DNA of 63,920 bases, the filler included, from Acetivibrio sp. (GTDB taxonomy: Bacteria; Bacillota; Clostridia; Acetivibrionales; Acetivibrionaceae), in the NCBI RefSeq assembly GCF_035371925.1. It is 5 parts of 5 records of this genome, joined end to end, with 100 filler letters (N's around TTAATTAATTAA, not from the genome) between each part and the next. Parts side by side here need not be neighbours in the genome. Positions count along the whole stretch, not along the records: positions 14,254 to 28,208 come from NZ_DAORXT010000079.1; positions 28,309 to 41,956 come from NZ_DAORXT010000080.1; 3 more parts are not named here. One strand, 5' to 3'. Within the stretch, counting starts at the first letter, position 1, and each line of letters starts with the position of its first letter. Shown here piece by piece: positions 19,104 through 28,513 of this stretch. The notes beneath the pieces were generated by a model that saw nothing but the letters and a program-made list of their open reading frames with translations, ran no database searches and was not told the origin of the DNA. A program made the position numbers and the translations under genes.

Positions 19104-19996
19104 AAAGACTTTCAATATACTTTAAAGAGATGTATCCCATAGTTCCGAGACTAATACTTGGGATTATAGTTTTCCTTGAAATATATTTCATTCTGCTTTT
19201 AAACTATGGAGTAACAGATTTTTCAATAGGAGTAGCGGAATTTGTAGGAAGCTTTACTATATTCTGTTTTCTTCTTATACTTCGAATTGCTGATGATTTC
19301 AAGGATTATGAAACAGACAAAAGATTGTTCCCGGAAAGGCCGTTGCCATCAGGGCGTGTACAAAAAAGGGACTTGAAAATATTGGTTACAGTCCTGATTG
19401 TAATAACATGTATTTTGAATTTCATTTTTATGAATAATATATTGTTTTTTCTGTTTTTGTATACATACGGCTTTCTGATGTCAGTTTGGTTTTTTAAAAA
19501 GCATAAAATTCAAAATAGCTTGCCCTTGGCACTTGTAACACATAACCCAGTACAGTTGATAATGAATATATACATAATATCTTTTACATGCATAAAGTAT
19601 GATCTTTATCCATTTACACTGACAAGCTTTCTTGTTGCATTTACGTTGTATTTTCCAGCACTTATATGGGAAATATCCCGTAAAATCCGTGCTCCAAAGG
19701 ATGAAACGGAATATACCACCTACTCCAAATTGTTTGGATACAAGAAATCTGTCAGATTTGTTCTCATACTGACGTGGGTTGATATTATAACCAACTTTTT
19801 GCTGGTATACAGGTTAAACAGAATAGCAATCGGTGTGTTGTTTTTAAATATAATGTGGATGACCTGGAAGTTTGTTTCATTTATGAAGGATCCTACACAA
19901 TACAAAATAGTTGATAAAGTTGAAAGATACACATATATACAGGAAGCCACAATGGTTCTCGTTGTAGTTGTTTATTTGATAGTGGGGTATATTTGA
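19097..19996 (+). CDS. UbiA-superfamily membrane transferase
   Basis: RIADDFKDYETD...ERPLPSG first Asp-rich motif; 8-9 TM; divergent second motif EISRKIRAPKDE. Confidence 0.8.
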   Translation: MLKRLSIYFKEMYPIVPRLILGIIVFLEIYFILLLNYGVTDFSIGVAEFVGSFTIFCFLLILRIADDFKDYETDKRLFPERPLPSGRVQKRDLKILVTVLIVITCILNFIFMNNILFFLFLYTYGFLMSVWFFKKHKIQNSLPLALVTHNPVQLIMNIYIISFTCIKYDLYPFTLTSFLVAFTLYFPALIWEISRKIRAPKDETEYTTYSKLFGYKKSVRFVLILTWVDIITNFLLVYRLNRIAIGVLFLNIMWMTWKFVSFMKDPTQYKIVDKVERYTYIQEATMVLVVVVYLIVGYI

Positions 19997-22410
19997 TGAA
20001 AATTGTTACTGATGAAAATTTTAAAAATCATATAATCGGTAAAAAGGCTCAAAATTTGTTTTTGGCAAAGTCTAACGGAATACCTGTGCCTGAGCTTTTT
20101 GCTATTTCTCATAAAGATATTGAAAGCGACCAAATGGCAGACTGTATCAATAAATACATAGAAGATAATTTTAATGATGAGCAGTTGTTTGCTGTGCGGT
20201 CCGCGGCATTGTCGGAGGACGGGACGGAAAGCTCCTTTGCCGGGCAGTTTGATACATTTTTGAATGTGCATTCCAATTTAGTGGTTGAAAAAATAAATAA
20301 ATGCAGAGAGTCGATTTTCAGTGAAAATGTGGCCCTGTACTGCAAGGAGCACGGTATAACTAAAGAAATATCCATGAGTGTCATTGTACAGCAAATGGTT
20401 CAGGGAGACTACTCGGGTGTTATGTTTACCGCCAATCCCCAGGGACTATTGAATGAATCGGTAATTGTAATAGGCGAGGGAACGGGAGACGGTGTGGTTG
20501 AGGAAAGGGTTTCAACAACATCATACTTCTATAATAATACCGACAAGCTTTACTACTATGAGACTATGGATGATTCACCCGTATTAGACAGGGAAAAAAT
20601 TGAGGAACTTATCGGGTATGGAGATAAGTTAAAAGAGCTTTTCGGAGAGTATTTGGACATTGAGTTTACAATCAAGGAGGGACAAATTTATATCCTTCAG
20701 ATCAGGCCTATAACAACTTTAAAGAGCACAAAAACCACTATTTTGGATAACAGCAATATTGTAGAAAGTTATCCGGGTATTACACTGCCTTTGACACAAT
20801 CCTTTATTGAGTTTGCATATTACAGTGTGTTTAAGGGAGTAGCTTTCAGATGCCTGAAAAATAAAAAAATGGTTGAGAAGTATGATTCTGTTTTCAGGCA
20901 GATGGTTGGAAGTGCAAATGGAAGAGTCTATTACAAAATAAGCAACTGGTATACCGTAATAAAGTTTCTACCCTTCAGCAAAAAAATTATACCTATATGG
21001 CAGGAAATGATGGGTGTATCCAATAAAGAGCATGATGATGAAAAAAACGATATATCATTAATTCAGAGGATAAGGGTATATTTTAACGCTATCTATGAAG
21101 CCTTTCATGTACAAAAAGGTATGGAAAAGCTCAACGCCAGCTTTGACCGGGTTGAAAAACTATTTTATGAAAACTATCATGAAGGCATGGAAAATGGACA
21201 ATTGGTTAATCTATACAATCAAATCGGCGATGCGGTATTGAAGGATTGGGACATTACACTTTTAAACGATATGTATGGGTTTGTTTTTACTGCACTTTTA
21301 AAAAGGAAATTAAAGAAAATCGGTGTTAAAAACTACGAGCAGGAAACAAATCGGTATATCTCGGGAATAACCAATATCGAGAGCATGAAGCCGGTAAGAG
21401 AGCTGGTGGCATTGGCAAAAATGGCAGTTGATGAGGGTTGGATAAAGAAGCTTGAAGCCCTTGATAATGACACCACGGTTAAAGAGTTTATTAAGTCAAG
21501 CCAAAGTGACTTTTCAGAAAGGTTTGATAATTACATAAAGCAGTATGGGGACAGGATGACGGAGGAGCTTAAATTGGAAACCAAGACGTTCCGCTCCAAT
21601 CCAAAGCTTTTAGTTGACAAAGTAATAGAGTATGGGAAGGATAGGGAAAAACTCAATAATTTGCATAATACTCTAAACTGTAAAGACACAGATGTCAAAT
21701 TTTCAGACAATATTCCCAAAAGAAAGATAAAATCTGTAGAAAGACTTAGCCGACGTGCCATGCAGGGAATTAAAAACCGTGAAATATCAAGGCTTAATCG
21801 AAGCCGCATTTATGGCATGGTAAGGACCATATTTCTGACAATAGGGAGCAATATGGTAAAGGAAGGTTTATTGGATGAAACAGAAGACATATTCTATTTA
21901 AGGACGGAAGAGGTGTTCGACTCCATAAAAGGCGGTCTGTATGATTTTCGTTCCATGGTGAAAGAAAGAAAGCTAAAATATAAGCAGTTTTATAAGCTGC
22001 CTCCTTACTCGAGGCTGATTTTTGCAGGAGAGCAATTCGATAAAACAGTAAGAAACGTAAATCAGGCTGAGAATGAACTTAGTGATGAGACAGTTTTAAC
22101 AGGTACACCTTGTTCCAATGGAGAAGCCAGGGGTGAGGTGCTTGTTGTTGAAGACATTACTGCGGTAAATGATGTTAAAAACAAAATACTTGTTACAAAA
22201 ATGACCGACCCGGGCTGGGTCTTCTATCTCACATTATCAAAGGGGATAATAGCTGAAAAAGGATCGCTCCTTTCTCATACCGCAATTATTTCGAGAGAGT
22301 TGGGAATTCCATCTGTAGTAGGTATAAAAGGTATAACAAAGAAGCTCAAAACAGGGGATATAGTTCATATGAACGGCAGTACAGGCGAGATTAGAATAGA
22401 GGGAAGGTAA
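19993..22410 (+). CDS. PEP-utilizing-family dikinase 2, rifampin-phosphotransferase architecture
   Basis: AVRSAALSED..SFAGQF, IVQQMV, DIEFT, LQIRPIT; C-terminal GSLLSHTAIISRELGIP. Confidence 0.88.
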   Translation: MMKIVTDENFKNHIIGKKAQNLFLAKSNGIPVPELFAISHKDIESDQMADCINKYIEDNFNDEQLFAVRSAALSEDGTESSFAGQFDTFLNVHSNLVVEKINKCRESIFSENVALYCKEHGITKEISMSVIVQQMVQGDYSGVMFTANPQGLLNESVIVIGEGTGDGVVEERVSTTSYFYNNTDKLYYYETMDDSPVLDREKIEELIGYGDKLKELFGEYLDIEFTIKEGQIYILQIRPITTLKSTKTTILDNSNIVESYPGITLPLTQSFIEFAYYSVFKGVAFRCLKNKKMVEKYDSVFRQMVGSANGRVYYKISNWYTVIKFLPFSKKIIPIWQEMMGVSNKEHDDEKNDISLIQRIRVYFNAIYEAFHVQKGMEKLNASFDRVEKLFYENYHEGMENGQLVNLYNQIGDAVLKDWDITLLNDMYGFVFTALLKRKLKKIGVKNYEQETNRYISGITNIESMKPVRELVALAKMAVDEGWIKKLEALDNDTTVKEFIKSSQSDFSERFDNYIKQYGDRMTEELKLETKTFRSNPKLLVDKVIEYGKDREKLNNLHNTLNCKDTDVKFSDNIPKRKIKSVERLSRRAMQGIKNREISRLNRSRIYGMVRTIFLTIGSNMVKEGLLDETEDIFYLRTEEVFDSIKGGLYDFRSMVKERKLKYKQFYKLPPYSRLIFAGEQFDKTVRNVNQAENELSDETVLTGTPCSNGEARGEVLVVEDITAVNDVKNKILVTKMTDPGWVFYLTLSKGIIAEKGSLLSHTAIISRELGIPSVVGIKGITKKLKTGDIVHMNGSTGEIRIEGR

Positions 22411-22415
22411 GAGTT

Positions 22416-23486
22416 ATGGATATAATATGGTTTAACGATGAAGAAAAGTATATTGAAGATTTCCTTTCTTTACCTAAAAAGCTATATGGAAAAAAGGATA
22501 TTATGCAAAATGAAGTGGAGGAACGCAAGCTTCTTACAGGAAAGCATGTTCTTAATAAATATTTCAAATTGTACAAGCTGTGTGCATATAAAAATGGAGA
22601 AATAGCGGGAAGGCTTGTTATTACTCAATATCCCGATGACGACATGGCATACGTAGGCTTTTTCGAATGTATAGACGATAAAGAGTGTGCAGGTAAAATG
22701 TTTACATCTGCAGAGAAGCTGGCAAAAGATAATGGTATGACTAAAATGGTTGGGCCTGTAGATGCCAGCTTTTGGATTAAATACAGACTCAAAGTGAATC
22801 TTTTTGACCGACCGCCATATGTATCCGAACCCTATAACAAGGATTATTATCTCAATCTGTTTTTAGATAACGGTTTTGAAATTGAAGAAAGATATGTTTC
22901 AAACATATATAGAAAGCTTCCCAAGAAAGGTTTTGAAGTAACCAAGTTCAAGGAAAGACTTAAGGAATTTTCTCAAAAAGGCTATAAAATAGTATCGCCG
23001 GATAAAAAAACATGGGACAAGGCAATTGGTGAGGTATACAAGCTTATCATGAAGCTGTACAGCAATTTTCCGGTATTCAAGTATTTAAGTGAAGATGACT
23101 TTAAGGAGATTTATTCGTCTTATAAAATGATACTCGATATGTCTATGGTAAAAATTGCCTATTATGAAGGAGAGGCAGTGGGATTTTTCATCGGTATGCC
23201 CAATTACGGGAACAGGCTGTATGGAAAGCTCAATCTGCTCACTTTATTATATATATTGCGTAAGAGAAGAAAAAGCTCCGATTATGTTCTTTTGTATATG
23301 GGTGTTGACGAAAAGCATCGAGGACTGGGAAAAGCAATTACACAGGTCATTATGGATAATCTTCAAGTAAAACAGGCTTCATCCATAGGAGCACTTATTA
23401 AAAAGGGTAAAATTATTGAGGGGTATGTGGAAGAAGCGAGGGAGGACCAGTACGAATATGTTTTGTTAAGTAAGTCACTTCAATAA
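22416..23486 (+). CDS. Double-GNAT-fold N-acyltransferase resembling bacterial ceramide synthase-type GNATs
   Basis: GFFECIDD, MVGPV, PYN..YY..LF..NGF; C-terminal acyl-CoA motif GVDEKHRGLG. Confidence 0.65.
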   Translation: MDIIWFNDEEKYIEDFLSLPKKLYGKKDIMQNEVEERKLLTGKHVLNKYFKLYKLCAYKNGEIAGRLVITQYPDDDMAYVGFFECIDDKECAGKMFTSAEKLAKDNGMTKMVGPVDASFWIKYRLKVNLFDRPPYVSEPYNKDYYLNLFLDNGFEIEERYVSNIYRKLPKKGFEVTKFKERLKEFSQKGYKIVSPDKKTWDKAIGEVYKLIMKLYSNFPVFKYLSEDDFKEIYSSYKMILDMSMVKIAYYEGEAVGFFIGMPNYGNRLYGKLNLLTLLYILRKRRKSSDYVLLYMGVDEKHRGLGKAITQVIMDNLQVKQASSIGALIKKGKIIEGYVEEAREDQYEYVLLSKSLQ

Positions 23487-23509
23487 AAGGCTAAAATTGG
23501 AGGTTTAAT

Positions 23510-24967
23510 ATGGCTAGGACAATACAGGGAATTTTAAAGGAAGATTATAAAAAGTGGAAGGACAGAGAATATATATTTACAAGAGTAGATGGCATATACA
23601 GGGCAAAAACATTCGGGCAGACAATATATGATGCATTAGCACTTGCTGAAGTGCTTTTGTCGTATGGACTGAAAAACGAAAATATAGCAGTATATGGAGA
23701 AAATTCCTATGAATGGATGGTTTCCGATCTTGCGATAATGGGATATGTGGGAACAAACGTGGCTATTGATAAGGAGTGGAAGGAATACTCAGTATCCGAT
23801 GCAATTAAAAGAACAAATGTAAAATGCGTTATATATTCCAAAAGTAAAAAAGACATAATAGATAATTTGAGATCCAAGTTTGACATAGTTTATATATGCA
23901 TGCAGGATGACTTTTACGAGCTTTTGGACAAAGGATATGGACTGCTTAAAAATAAAAAGGATATATTCTGCTTTGAAGAGAGAGAATACGATAAAATGTG
24001 TAAAATTGTGTTTTCTTCCGGGACTACCGGTGTACCGAAAGCATCCATGCTTTCACAGCGAAATATTCTGTGCGGATGGGACAATCTATATAAACGGGCA
24101 CCTATGAATGATACCGATATTTGCTACTTATTTTTACCTCTGCATCATACTTATGCGGGACTTTGTAATTTTCTCTTTTCCACCATTTCGGGAATGCAGA
24201 TATATTTATGCTCCGATACAAAAAAAATCGCAGAGGAGCTTCAAATTGTAAGGCCTACGGTTTTTTGTGCCGTTCCCCTTATATATGAACGTTTTTATGG
24301 TCTTGCCGTTCAAACAGGGCAGAATTTAAAGACATTGTTTGGAGGCAACATCAGGTATATGTTTTCGGGAGGAGCCCTTTTTAATGTGGATATTCGAAGG
24401 GAATACAAGAATTCAGGCCTTAACATGATGGAAGCATATGCACTTTCCGAAACATCCTCCATTTTCAGCATTCAATACAGCAATAGCCCCAATGTCAAAT
24501 CTGTTGGAACAATATTTGAAAATATTGATGTGAAAGTAATAAATCCTGATGAAAACGGCTGCGGGGAGTTGGCGGTTAAAGGAGACAATGTGTTTCTTGG
24601 CTATTATGGAAATGAGAAAGCCACAAAAGAGGCGTTTGATGAAGACGGTTATTTCCTTACAGGAGATCTGGGGTACATAGATGAAAATAACGAATTGTAT
24701 CTGATGGGACGTAAAAAAAGAATGATACTTACCGAAAACGGTGAAAATGTAGATCCGGAGGAAATAGAAAGGTTAATACAACAAAGTGCGGAAATTTCTA
24801 AAGTAAAAGTGTATGAAGAGGGCGGATTAATAAAAGCTGCCATATATGTTTGTCAGGATATTGACATAGAAGCTGTTATTGAAAATGTAAATCAAATGCT
24901 GCCGAAATACAAGCAGGTAAGAGAATTTAATTTGATTAGGGATTCAATTGATGCAAGGTTAAAATAA
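23510..24967 (+). CDS. ANL-family AMP-binding enzyme, long-chain fatty acyl-CoA ligase-like
   Basis: FSSGTTGVPK, FLPLHH, YALSE, TGDLG, NGENVDPEEIE. Confidence 0.88.
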   Translation: MARTIQGILKEDYKKWKDREYIFTRVDGIYRAKTFGQTIYDALALAEVLLSYGLKNENIAVYGENSYEWMVSDLAIMGYVGTNVAIDKEWKEYSVSDAIKRTNVKCVIYSKSKKDIIDNLRSKFDIVYICMQDDFYELLDKGYGLLKNKKDIFCFEEREYDKMCKIVFSSGTTGVPKASMLSQRNILCGWDNLYKRAPMNDTDICYLFLPLHHTYAGLCNFLFSTISGMQIYLCSDTKKIAEELQIVRPTVFCAVPLIYERFYGLAVQTGQNLKTLFGGNIRYMFSGGALFNVDIRREYKNSGLNMMEAYALSETSSIFSIQYSNSPNVKSVGTIFENIDVKVINPDENGCGELAVKGDNVFLGYYGNEKATKEAFDEDGYFLTGDLGYIDENNELYLMGRKKRMILTENGENVDPEEIERLIQQSAEISKVKVYEEGGLIKAAIYVCQDIDIEAVIENVNQMLPKYKQVREFNLIRDSIDARLK

Positions 24968-24981
24968 GACCTCTCTACATT

Positions 24982-25037
24982 AGACATGTGTTTTGTAGCT
25001 TTTATCAAAGGCTAAAGAAGCACATGTCTTTTTTTTA
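24982..25037 (+). terminator. Intrinsic terminator closing the lipid operon
   Basis: AGACATGTG...CACATGTCT followed by a T run. Confidence 0.8.
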
Positions 25038-25338
25038 TGTCTGGGAAATTTAAGAGGTAGTAGATGCTATGTTTTTTTGCTCTATATTTGGGTAATTATA
25101 CTATATAAATGCCAGTTAATTAAGTGTCATATTAACTATTTTTTAAGTGTTTTCTTTTGTTAACTTAAAATGGTAACATATGCAATATTTAAACAGTCAT
25201 TTTGTAGTTATTTTTGTATAAAATGAAATATACTATTTAGTATTGATAAAACCATTAAACTGTATTTATGGCTTGATTTCATATTAGTGAGAAAAATAGG
25301 CTTAAGTTATCTGGTGAAATTATAAGGAGGTAGGCAAG

Positions 25339-26499
25339 ATGGTAAGAAAAAGAGTTTTGGCAACAGTTTTAGCTGTAGTAATGACTACGGTACTTTTTAC
25401 AGGATGTGCTCAGACATCTGAATCACAGGATGAAATTAAAATCGGCTTGAACTATGAACTGTCAGGTACGGCTGCTTCATATGGCCAGGATACACTCAAC
25501 GGTGTGCTAATGGCTATTGATGAAATTAATGCTGCAGGAGGAGTATTGGGCAAACAAATAACATATGTAAAGTTGGACAATAAAACGGATCCGGCTGAGT
25601 CCACCAGTGCAGCCACAAGGCTTGCAACTAAGGAAAATGTATCGATTATTTTAGGACCTGCTACAACAGGTGCGACCAAAGCAGCAATTCCTGTTGCAGA
25701 TAAGAATAAAGTGCCTTTGATATCCGCTTCTGCAACTGCTGATGATGTCACTGTTGATGCAAAGGGTGTAAAGGAATACGCATACAGGATCTGCTTTAAC
25801 GACTCATTTCAGGGTACTGTAATGGCAAACTTTGCATCAAAAAACCTTAATGCTAAAAATGCAGTAGTCCTCATGGATAATTCTAGTGACTACGGAAAAG
25901 GACTTGCAAAAACATTTACAGAGACTTTTACCAAGAACGGCGGTACTATAGTGGCTCAGGAAGCCTTTGTAAAAGATGAGAAGGATTTTAATGCCATTCT
26001 TACAAAGATAAAAGATAAAACATTTGATATTTTACTTATTGCAGGTTATTACAATGAAGCAGGGCTTATTATCAAGCAGGCGAGAGCTTTGGGAATAGAT
26101 AAACCGGTGCTTGGAGGAGATGGTCTTGATTCTCCTGTTTTAGGTGAATTAGCCGGTAAAACTGCTTTAAACAAGGTTTATTTCTCAAACCACTATTCAT
26201 CACTTGATAAGGATCCTTTGATCGTTAAGTTCATGGAAGAGTTTAAGAACAAGAACAGTAAAGATCCCAATGCTTTTAGCGCTCTTGGATATGACCTCGG
26301 ATATTTTGCTGCTGATGCTATTAAAAGGGCAAATTCAACTGATCCTGCTAAAATAAAGGAAGCACTTGACAATACAACAGAATTTAAAGGTGTTACAGGA
26401 ACATTCAGTATTGACAAGAACCATAACCCTGTAAAAACGGCAGTGGTTATTGAGCTTAAAGACGGGGTGCAATACTCTTCTGTAAAAGTCGAACCATAA
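25339..26499 (+). CDS. Branched-chain amino acid ABC substrate-binding lipoprotein (LivK/LivJ-like)
   Basis: Lipobox FTGC; INAAGGVLGK, SDYGKGL, GGDG, YD. Confidence 0.88.
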   Translation: MVRKRVLATVLAVVMTTVLFTGCAQTSESQDEIKIGLNYELSGTAASYGQDTLNGVLMAIDEINAAGGVLGKQITYVKLDNKTDPAESTSAATRLATKENVSIILGPATTGATKAAIPVADKNKVPLISASATADDVTVDAKGVKEYAYRICFNDSFQGTVMANFASKNLNAKNAVVLMDNSSDYGKGLAKTFTETFTKNGGTIVAQEAFVKDEKDFNAILTKIKDKTFDILLIAGYYNEAGLIIKQARALGIDKPVLGGDGLDSPVLGELAGKTALNKVYFSNHYSSLDKDPLIVKFMEEFKNKNSKDPNAFSALGYDLGYFAADAIKRANSTDPAKIKEALDNTTEFKGVTGTFSIDKNHNPVKTAVVIELKDGVQYSSVKVEP

Positions 26500-26544
26500 A
26501 TATGAAAGTATCTATCATTTTATTATATATAATCAAAAATTTAA

Positions 26545-26594
26545 GAGGGTGTTGCAAAACTACTTTAAAAAGTAGCCAAGCAACACTCTCTTTT
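26545..26594 (+). terminator. Hairpin after livK; possibly also the IS1182 right end or target
   Basis: GAGGGTGTTGC...GCAACACTCTC plus TTTT. Confidence 0.6.
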
Positions 26595-26702
26595 ATTGCT
26601 ATAAAGTAAAATTGATACATAAATTTCATTATTTATATTAATTTTCTATATCACTCCTAATTTTGAGCATACTTAATAAACCTATATACTTTTTTGGAAA
26701 AC

Positions 26703-28208
26703 TTAGGCCGATTTTAATTGATGAAGATCAATACCACATCTATCATTTTGAATTTTTGAGTGTAATTTGTTCACATTATATCCTAAACAGAGGAGAAGAA
26801 ATTCGGTTTTTACACTATTCTTTCCACGCGTTAAGAATCGGTTGAAATTATAATCATTTTTTAATACTCCAAAAGCTCCTTCTACCTGGATAGAACGGTT
26901 TACCCGTAATAGTATTCCTTTCTCTGTCATGATGTTTTCATAAGATATTTGCCTCTTTTCAATGAATGTTTTGGACACTTGCATTCGTCTATTGCCTCTT
27001 GATTTAGTGCACTTTTCTTTATGTGGGCAATCACTACAATTTTCACATTCATATATACTGACCTCAGACTGGTAGCCAGTTGCAGACTTTCTATGGCCTA
27101 TACCTATTAGCCTTAATTTCTTTCCATTATGACATGTATATTCATCTCTTTCTGCATCATATAGCATATTTTCACGCTTACTTATATCTTTCTTAAAGCT
27201 TTTCTTTTTCCATATATCATATGTTTGAGGCTTTATGTAATAGTTTTGTTTGTTTTCTTCTAAATATAGGTAATTTTCTTCACTTTCGTAGCCAGAATCT
27301 GCGATAACATTCTTATACTTCTCTCCAAGTTTTAATTCCATATTTTTTAAAAATGGTATTAAGGTAGCAGTATCACTTCTATCCTGAAATATCCCAACAC
27401 CTGTTACATATTCACTTTCTACTGCAATCTGTACATTGTAAGCAGGCTTTAGCTGAGAGTTACGCATGTGATCATCCTTCATATGCATAAAAGTTGCATC
27501 AGGATCAGTTTTCGAATAACTGTTTCTTTCCCCAAAATAATGATTATGTATATCATATTTTTCCTGACGTACTTTAAATTCTTGAATCTTTTCAGTGTAT
27601 TTTTGTAATTTTGACTTTCTTTTCCCAATTCCACTAACGAATTCAATATTACCTTCTTTTTGCTTTTCCTTCAGATATGCAAGTACTTTCCCAAGATCTT
27701 CTGCCTTGCATTCTTTTGAAATCATAAAATTAGTCTTAAATGCTTGATTTATCTCATCTATATAAGACTGTAACTTATCAAACATTTTAGTTTCATTCTT
27801 ATTTACAGCCTTTTTCCATACAAACGTATAGCGGTTTGCATTTGCTTCAATTTTCGTACCATCAATAAAAAGATTCTCATATTTTACTTCATTAAGAGTA
27901 TATAGATACTTTACCAGCTGATAAAATAAATCTTCTATTGTATCAGCCAAGTAATTCTTTCTAAATCGAGCTATCGTTGTATGATCTGGTGCTGGCTCTC
28001 CTTCAAGCAGCCACATAAAGTTGATATCTCTTCTACAAGCAGCCTCAATATTTCTGCTGGAATATATATTATTCATATATGCATAGGTTAATATCTTAAA
28101 CATAACTCTGGGACTGACTGCTGGTTTTCTTCCGTTGGAAGAGTACGCCCGGTATGATACAATGATGCCATCCTTAAAACCCTCTATTGAAGCTTCTGTA
28201 TCAATGTC
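26703..28208 (-). mobile_element. IS1182-family transposase, 5' end lost at the contig edge
   Basis: YSSRNIE, PDHTTIARFR, FIDGTKIEANAN, DSGYESEENY, RSIQVEGAFG; frame stays open to the gap. Confidence 0.9.
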
Positions 28209-28308
28209 NNNNNNNNNNNNNNNNNNNNNNNNNNNNNNNNNNNNNNNNNNNNTTAATTAATTAANNNNNNNNNNNNNNNNNNNNNNNNNNNNNNNNNNNN
28301 NNNNNNNN
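28209..28308. other. Artificial contig linker
   Basis: N44-TTAATTAATTAA-N44. Confidence 0.98.
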
Positions 28309-28444
28309 TAGGTTTAAGAAATTTTATTTAGAACCGATACTTTTTGTGGGATAATCATATTTTGATTTAACGATATATTTAATAAAAATGTGGTAATTCC
28401 AATATGCCGGTTTCTAAATTCGCGAAATTAACGAATATATTTGA

Positions 28445-28474
28445 TTGACAAGGGGTAAGCATAGGGATTACTAT
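28445..28474 (+). promoter_or_regulatory. Sigma-A-like promoter of xth
   Basis: TTGACA-18 nt-TACTAT. Confidence 0.6.
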
Positions 28475-28513
28475 ATTTATAATTGAAAAGTACAGCCTTT
28501 TAAGGAGAAAATT

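Noticed and set aside
14436..19996. A complete archaeal ether-lipid pathway in a bacterium
   Set aside because: GGGP synthase, G1P dehydrogenase and GGPP synthase are absent from the contig, and the fatty-acyl ligase and GNAT point to acyl chemistry. Kept only as a partial alternative.
15041..22410. Annotation as PEP synthase or as rifampin-resistance genes
   Set aside because: There is no pyruvate-binding barrel, and the operon context is lipid biosynthesis. Shared architecture with RPH does not establish the substrate.
5122..24967. Acyl-ACP thioesterase as fatty-acid supplier for the lipid operon ligase
   Set aside because: The genes are on different contigs separated by an artificial linker, so proximity is meaningless.
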